DNA of 10,666 bases from a virus (lineage: Duplodnaviria > Heunggongvirae > Uroviricota > Caudoviricetes), in the IMG/VR virus record IMGVR_UViG_638341082_000009, positions 1 to 10,666 of that record. The stretch is one strand, 5' to 3'. Positions 6,406 to 10,666 of this stretch are shown here, in pieces. Positions within the stretch are counted from its first letter, which is position 1; each line of letters opens with the position of its first letter. Under the pieces are notes generated by a model. It was not told where the DNA came from. It did no database searches and saw only the letters and a program-made list of their open reading frames with translations. Made by a program: the position numbers and the translations under genes.

Positions 6406-7502
6406 ATTTCAGCTCTGAACTGCTTAACAAAGGCAACAAAACTCCCGCATTCAGCATCAGTATTGAAGGCAAGGATATCACCACTGTGCTGGATAACCGC
6501 CTGATGGGGCTTACGCTGACGGATAACCGGGGCTTTGAAGCGGACCAGCTTGATCTGGAGCTGGACGACGCCGACGGAAAAATCGTGCTGCCGCGCCGTG
6601 GTGCGGTCATTACGCTGGCGCTGGGCTGGAAGGGGCAGCCGCTTTTCCCGAAAGGGGCATTCACGGTGGACGAGATTGAACACACTGGCGCACCGGACCG
6701 CCTGACTATCCGGGCGCGAAGTGCTGATTTTCGGGAAACGCTGAATACCCGCCGTGAAAAATCGTGGCACAAGACCACTGTCGGGGAAGTGGTGAAGGAA
6801 ATAGCTGCGCGTCACAAACTGAAGATGGCACTGGGTAAAGACCTGTCGGATAAACCCGTGGCTCATATAGACCAGACTAATGAGAGTGACGGCAGTTTTT
6901 TGATGCGGCTGGCGCGCCAGTACGGTGCCATTGCATCGGTGAAAAATGGCAATCTGTTATTCATCCGGCAGGGACAGGGCAAAAGCGCCAGCGGTAAACC
7001 ACTGCCGGTGATCACTATCACACGTAAGGACGGCGACAGTCACCGCTTTACCCTGGCAGATCGCGGAGCTTACACGGGGGTAATTGCCAGCTGGTTGCAT
7101 ACCCGTGAACCCGCGAAGAAAGAAAGCACTACGGTGAAGCGTAAGCGCAGGACTAAGAAGCAGAAGAAAGAGCCGGAAGCGAAGCAGGGCGATTACCTGG
7201 TGGGGACGGATGAAAACGTGCTGGTACTTAATCGCACTTATGCCAACCGGAGTAACGCCGAACGAGCGGCAAAAATGCAGTGGGAACGCCTGCAACGCGG
7301 CGTTGCGTCATTCTCGCTACAACTGGCGGAAGGGCGGGCAGATCTCTACACGGAAATGCCAGTGAAAGTCAGTGGCTTTAAACAGCCGATAGATGATGCG
7401 GAATGGACCATTACGACTCTGACACATACCGTCAGCCCGGATAATGGTTTTACGACCAGTCTGGAGCTTGAAGTGAGGATTGATGATTTCGAAATGGAAT
7501 GA
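6402..7502 (+). CDS. D: P2 gpD-like tail protein (late control gene D)
   Basis: 366 aa with a GTG start overlapping the U stop. Lies between U and ogr as in P2. Lysine/arginine-rich internal segment (KRKRRTKKQKKEPEAK). Confidence 0.85.
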   Translation: MNFSSELLNKGNKTPAFSISIEGKDITTVLDNRLMGLTLTDNRGFEADQLDLELDDADGKIVLPRRGAVITLALGWKGQPLFPKGAFTVDEIEHTGAPDRLTIRARSADFRETLNTRREKSWHKTTVGEVVKEIAARHKLKMALGKDLSDKPVAHIDQTNESDGSFLMRLARQYGAIASVKNGNLLFIRQGQGKSASGKPLPVITITRKDGDSHRFTLADRGAYTGVIASWLHTREPAKKESTTVKRKRRTKKQKKEPEAKQGDYLVGTDENVLVLNRTYANRSNAERAAKMQWERLQRGVASFSLQLAEGRADLYTEMPVKVSGFKQPIDDAEWTITTLTHTVSPDNGFTTSLELEVRIDDFEME

Positions 7503-7592
7503 TTCTTCGCAATGGAGAACTTTTAAGTTTGCAAAATGGAATAATGCGGTATCATTATTGTGAATTTAGCAAAAATGGGGAGAACTCGAAAA

Positions 7593-7811
7593 ATGATGAT
7601 TTGCCCACTGTGTGGAAGTGCCGCCCATACTCGCAGCAGTTTTCAGGTATCTTCATTGACCAAAGAGCGTTACAACCAGTGCCAGAACATTAACTGCAGC
7701 CATACTTTTGTTACCCATGAAACTTTTGTTCGTTCGATTGCAACGCCAAAAGAGTCAAATCCGGTTCAGCCGCATCCAATGAAATCAGGACAGGTGGCGC
7801 TCTCTCTTTGA
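7593..7811 (+). CDS. ogr: Ogr-family zinc-finger late-gene transcriptional activator
   Basis: 72-aa product from the ATG at 7593 (MMICPLCGSAAHTRSSFQVSSLTKERYNQCQNINCSHTF...) with the Cys-x2-Cys...Cys-x4-Cys arrangement typical of Ogr/Delta. GGAG upstream. Sits at the prophage right end next to the att candidate, as in P2. Confidence 0.85.
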   Translation: MMICPLCGSAAHTRSSFQVSSLTKERYNQCQNINCSHTFVTHETFVRSIATPKESNPVQPHPMKSGQVALSL

Positions 7812-7833
7812 CGCTGCCGCCATTTTGTCGCCA
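7812..7833. repeat. Right copy of 22-bp imperfect direct repeat (candidate attR core)
   Basis: CGCTGCCGCCATTTTGTCGCCA, immediately after the ogr stop codon (7809-7811); 21/22 identical to 19..40. Confidence 0.5.
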
Positions 7834-7891
7834 TCGTTAAAAAACAGTGCTTCTAACATCATGATTTTAAAAGGCATAAATTTCAGGCAAC

Positions 7892-7934
7892 AAAAAACCC
7901 ATCAACCTTGAACCGAAATGGCGGGGTTGATGGG
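7892..7934 (-). terminator. Candidate rho-independent terminator downstream of ybjL
   Basis: Perfect 10-bp inverted repeat CCCATCAACC (7898-7907) and GGTTGATGGG (7925-7934) with a 17-nt loop. Plus-strand AAAAAA at 7892-7897 gives a U-tract immediately after the hairpin on the minus-strand transcript. The loop is long, so confidence is moderate. Confidence 0.5.
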
Positions 7935-8046
7935 CTCCACAAAATGGGGACATCAAAGAAAAGCAGTGGCACTAATTAAGACTGATGCCCTGCGGAAAAG
8001 TTCTGCGGTTGTGCAAAAAAATTTCATTTTCAGGGCAACTTCAGTT

Positions 8047-9732
8047 TTATCCTAATCCTGGCCATACCATGACGATGATTGTCCCTGCCAGCGTCAGCAG
8101 GACGTTGGCGATTGCATAGGTGCCCGCATAGCCCAGCGCCGGGATGTTACTGCGAGCTGTATCACTGATGATCTCCATTGCCGGCGCGCAGGTACGTGCG
8201 CCCATCATTGCGCCGAACAACAGCGCGCGGTTCATTCGCAATACATAAGCACCGAACAAGAAACAGATAACCACGGGCACCAGACTGACAATCAATCCGG
8301 CAATCAACATCTGACCGCCAATCGCGCCCAGGCCGTTATTAATACCGCTACCGGCGCTCAGACCAACGCCTGCCATAAACACCATCAAGCCGAACTCTTT
8401 CACCATGCTTAATGCACCCTGCGGAATGTAACCGAAGGTCGGGTGGTTAGCACGCATAAAGCCCAGCATAATTCCGGCGAATAACAACCCGGCAGCGTTC
8501 CCCATGCCGAAACTGAATGTGCTGAACTGGAAGGTGATCATCCCGATCATCAGCCCAATAACAAAGAAGGCGCAGAATGCCAGCAGGTCAGTGACCTGGC
8601 TGTGAATCGAGATAAAGCCGATGCGATCGGCGATGGTTTTTACGCGGCGGGCATCGCCGCTGACTTGTAAAACGTCACCTTTGTTAAGCACGACGTTGTC
8701 ATCTATCGGCATCTCAATCTGGCTACGAATGACGCGGTTAAGGAAGCAACCGTGATCGGTCAACTTCAGTTGTGCGAGACGTTTACCTACAGCGTTATGG
8801 TTTTTAACGACCACTTCTTCAGTGACGATACGCATGTCGAGAAGGTCACGATCGAAAACTTCTTTACCGTTACGGAAGCTGGGATCGAGTCGGGCATGGG
8901 CGTCGGGATAGCCTACCAACGCTATTTCATCGCCCATTTGTAGCACGGCATCACCGTCTGGATTTGCCAGAATCCCGTTACGTCGAATACGTTCAATGTA
9001 GCAGCCGGTTTGTCGATAAATACCCAGTTCACGCAGATTTTTGCCGTCGGTCCAGGCCACCAGTTCCGGGCCGACGCGATAGGCGCGGATCACCGGTAAA
9101 TAAACCTTACGGTTGGCATCAGTGTCCAGGCCACGTTCGCGGGCGATTTGCTGGGCGCTGGTCTGTAAGTCCTGATGCTGCAATTTCGGCAAGTAACGCG
9201 CACCAACAATCAAACTCACCAGACCGATTAAATAGGTTAAGGCATACCCGAGGCTCAGATTATCCAGTGCCAGTGAGAGCTGCCTGCTTTCCATGCCGGA
9301 ATGACGCAGTGTATCGCCAGCACCGACCAGAACCGGTGTCGACGTCATAGAGCCTGCTAACATACCGGCCGTCAGGCCAATATCCCAGCCAAACAGCTTA
9401 CCTAACCCTAAGGCGATCACCAGCGCACTGCCAACCATCACCAGTGCTAACATTAGGTAATTTTTCCCATCGCGAAAAAAAATGGAAAAAAAGTTCGGTC
9501 CGGCTTCGACCCCGACGCAGAAAATAAACAGCATAAAGCCAAGATTAAGCGCATCGGTGTTAATGCTGAAATGTTGTTGGCCTAATAACAGCGATACGAC
9601 TAAAACGCCAATGGAATTACCCAGTTGGATCGAACCAAGTCGTAACTTTCCGAGACATAGCCCAAGCGCGAGGACCACAAATAATAACAGAATGTAATTC
9701 CCATTTAACAATTCGGCGACGTTTATATTCAC
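8047..9732 (-). CDS. ybjL: Putative transport protein YbjL (AAE-family transporter with internal TrkA-C-type cytoplasmic domains)
   Basis: 561-aa product with hydrophobic N- and C-terminal transporter halves around a soluble central region, GTG start. Length and the ybjL-ybjM-grxA neighbourhood match E. coli. Confidence 0.9.
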
Positions 9733-10001
9733 GGAGGCTAACTTCTTGTTTACTAGTAAGCTGTTGAAAGAAATGGTAATTTACGATAATGTTTTTTACC
9801 AGAATTCAGGGCGCAGATTCATTCAGCGCACCTAAACGATAGTAAAGTAACAATATATTTTACTAGTGTAATCACATTAGGTATCAACGGCTATATGAAT
9901 TGCGTTGGCCTATATTAGCATGGAATGCGAAGCGGCTTTATCTTACTGAACGCCACACTGGCGAAAAATGTGTTCGATAGACGCAGTGTCAGGAGGAACG
10001 A

Positions 10002-10379
10002 GTGAAACATAAACAACGTTGGGCGGGGGCAATCTGCTGTTTTGTCCTCTTCATTGTGGTGTGCCTTTTTCTGGCGACGCACATGAAAGGCGCTTTTCGG
10101 GCTGCCGGGCATCCTGAAATCGGCTTGCTATTTTTCATTCTTCCTGGAGCAGTCGCCAGCTTCTTTTCACAGCGTAGAGAAGTCCTGAAACCTCTGTTTG
10201 GCGCAATGCTGGCGGCACCCTGTTCGATGCTCATTATGCGGCTGTTTTTTTCACCGACGCGCTCATTCTGGCAAGAGCTGGCATGGTTACTAAGCGCGGT
10301 GTTCTGGTGTGCGCTGGGGGCACTGTGTTTCTTATTTATCAGTAGTTTGTTTAAACCACAGCACAGAAAAAATCAGTAA
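10002..10379 (+). CDS. ybjM: Inner membrane protein YbjM
   Basis: 125-aa hydrophobic protein with a GTG start and AGGAGG 5 nt upstream. Divergent from ybjL and convergent with grxA, as in E. coli. Confidence 0.85.
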   Translation: MKHKQRWAGAICCFVLFIVVCLFLATHMKGAFRAAGHPEIGLLFFILPGAVASFFSQRREVLKPLFGAMLAAPCSMLIMRLFFSPTRSFWQELAWLLSAVFWCALGALCFLFISSLFKPQHRKNQ

Positions 10380-10398
10380 AGCCCTCAACGCGAGGGCT
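10380..10398. terminator. Candidate bidirectional terminator hairpin between convergent ybjM and grxA
   Basis: 7-bp stem AGCCCTC / GAGGGCT with a 5-nt loop, lying between the ybjM stop (10377-10379) and the grxA stop (10409-10411). An A-run at 10367-10372 would give a U-run on the grxA transcript, but it is 7 nt from the stem. Confidence 0.4.
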
Positions 10399-10408
10399 TG
10401 TCAGACGA

Positions 10409-10666
10409 TCAGGCGTCCAGATTTTCTTTCACCCATGCAGCAAAATCGGTATAGCCGCCGATATGTTGCTGATCGACAAAAATCTGCGGCACGGTTTCTA
10501 CGGGTTTACCTGCCTTTTGTTGTAGATCTTCTTTAGTGATCCCTTCCGCACGAATATCTACATACTGATACTGAAAATCATCGCGTTCATTGCTCAATTT
10601 CTCAGCCAGATCTTTTGCACGCACACAGTAAGGGCAACCCGAACGACCAAAAATAACGGTTTGCAT
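10409..10666 (-). CDS. grxA: Glutaredoxin 1
   Basis: 85 aa, MQTVIFGRSGCPYCVRAKDLAEKL..., with the CPYC active site characteristic of Grx1 rather than NrdH (CVQC). Start codon at the window end, so the gene is complete. Confidence 0.92.
   Translation of the reverse strand: MQTVIFGRSGCPYCVRAKDLAEKLSNERDDFQYQYVDIRAEGITKEDLQQKAGKPVETVPQIFVDQQHIGGYTDFAAWVKENLDA

Larger units (their letters stand above)
19..7833. mobile_element. Cryptic, deletion-bearing P2/186-like prophage remnant
   Basis: Ordered genes int, cI, apl, cII, then X, Y, K-fragment, T-fragment, U, D, ogr. Replication, capsid, most lysis and most tail genes are missing. Bracketed by the 22-bp direct repeat. Sharp compositional contrast with the flanking host genes. 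Confidence 0.8.

Noticed and set aside
5492-7295. Several minus-strand ORFs (5492..5812, 5533..5748, 5586..5777, 5985..6182, 6216..6866, 6374..6778, 6957..7295) antisense to T-remnant, U and D
   Set aside because: Mutually overlapping shadow ORFs inside well-supported plus-strand genes, with no RBS context and compositionally biased products.
7499-7592. ORF 7499..7693 and the extended 83-aa ogr start at 7560
   Set aside because: 7499..7693 is in a different frame overlapping ogr. The 72-aa version from 7593 matches the canonical Ogr length and places the first Cys-x2-Cys near the N-terminus.
7986-8037. 7-bp inverted repeat TGCCCTG / CAGGGCA immediately downstream of ybjL as its terminator
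   Set aside because: The loop is about 38 nt and there is no adjacent U-tract on the minus strand; the hairpin at 7898..7934 is a better terminator candidate.
7834-8046. A tRNA or tmRNA gene as the integration target at the right junction
   Set aside because: I could not recognise a tRNA-like cloverleaf or 3' acceptor context by eye in this 213-bp stretch; the site looks like an intergenic, non-tRNA target. A tRNA scan would settle it.
8752-9697. Plus-strand ORFs (8752..8943, 8964..9350, 9482..9697) inside ybjL
   Set aside because: Antisense to a full-length conserved transporter gene.
9915-10536. ORFs 9915..10112 (-), 9989..10234 (-) and 10309..10536 (+) overlapping ybjM and grxA
   Set aside because: They overlap the recognised ybjM and grxA genes in other frames or strands.
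1-10666. CRISPR arrays, IS elements or rRNA/tRNA genes
   Set aside because: No regularly spaced direct repeats, no terminal inverted repeats flanking a transposase-like ORF, and no RNA gene-like sequence were seen.

Overview
The window holds a roughly 7.8 kb degraded P2/186-like prophage (about 19..7833) inserted next to the Escherichia-type host genes ybjL, ybjM and grxA (8047..10666). The prophage keeps its lysogeny module: integrase, a 186-CI-like repressor with a tandemly duplicated DNA-binding domain, a strong rightward promoter, and Apl/Cox-like and CII-like genes. Two internal deletions have removed replication, capsid and most tail genes, leaving X, a holin, an endolysin N-terminal stub, the C-terminal end of the tape-measure gene, and intact U, D and ogr. 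A 22-bp direct repeat (21/22 identical) at 19..40 and 7812..7833 is the best candidate for attL/attR. The most interesting feature is a strongly AT-rich two-gene cassette (1144..2849, minus strand) between the repressor and integrase: a 342-aa protein with no motif I recognise, translationally coupled to a 226-aa protein with about four transmembrane segments. Its architecture and position fit a prophage-encoded abortive-infection or superinfection-exclusion module, and I cannot assign either protein to a known family from sequence alone. All calls rest on reading the sequence and recalling protein families; no database search was run.
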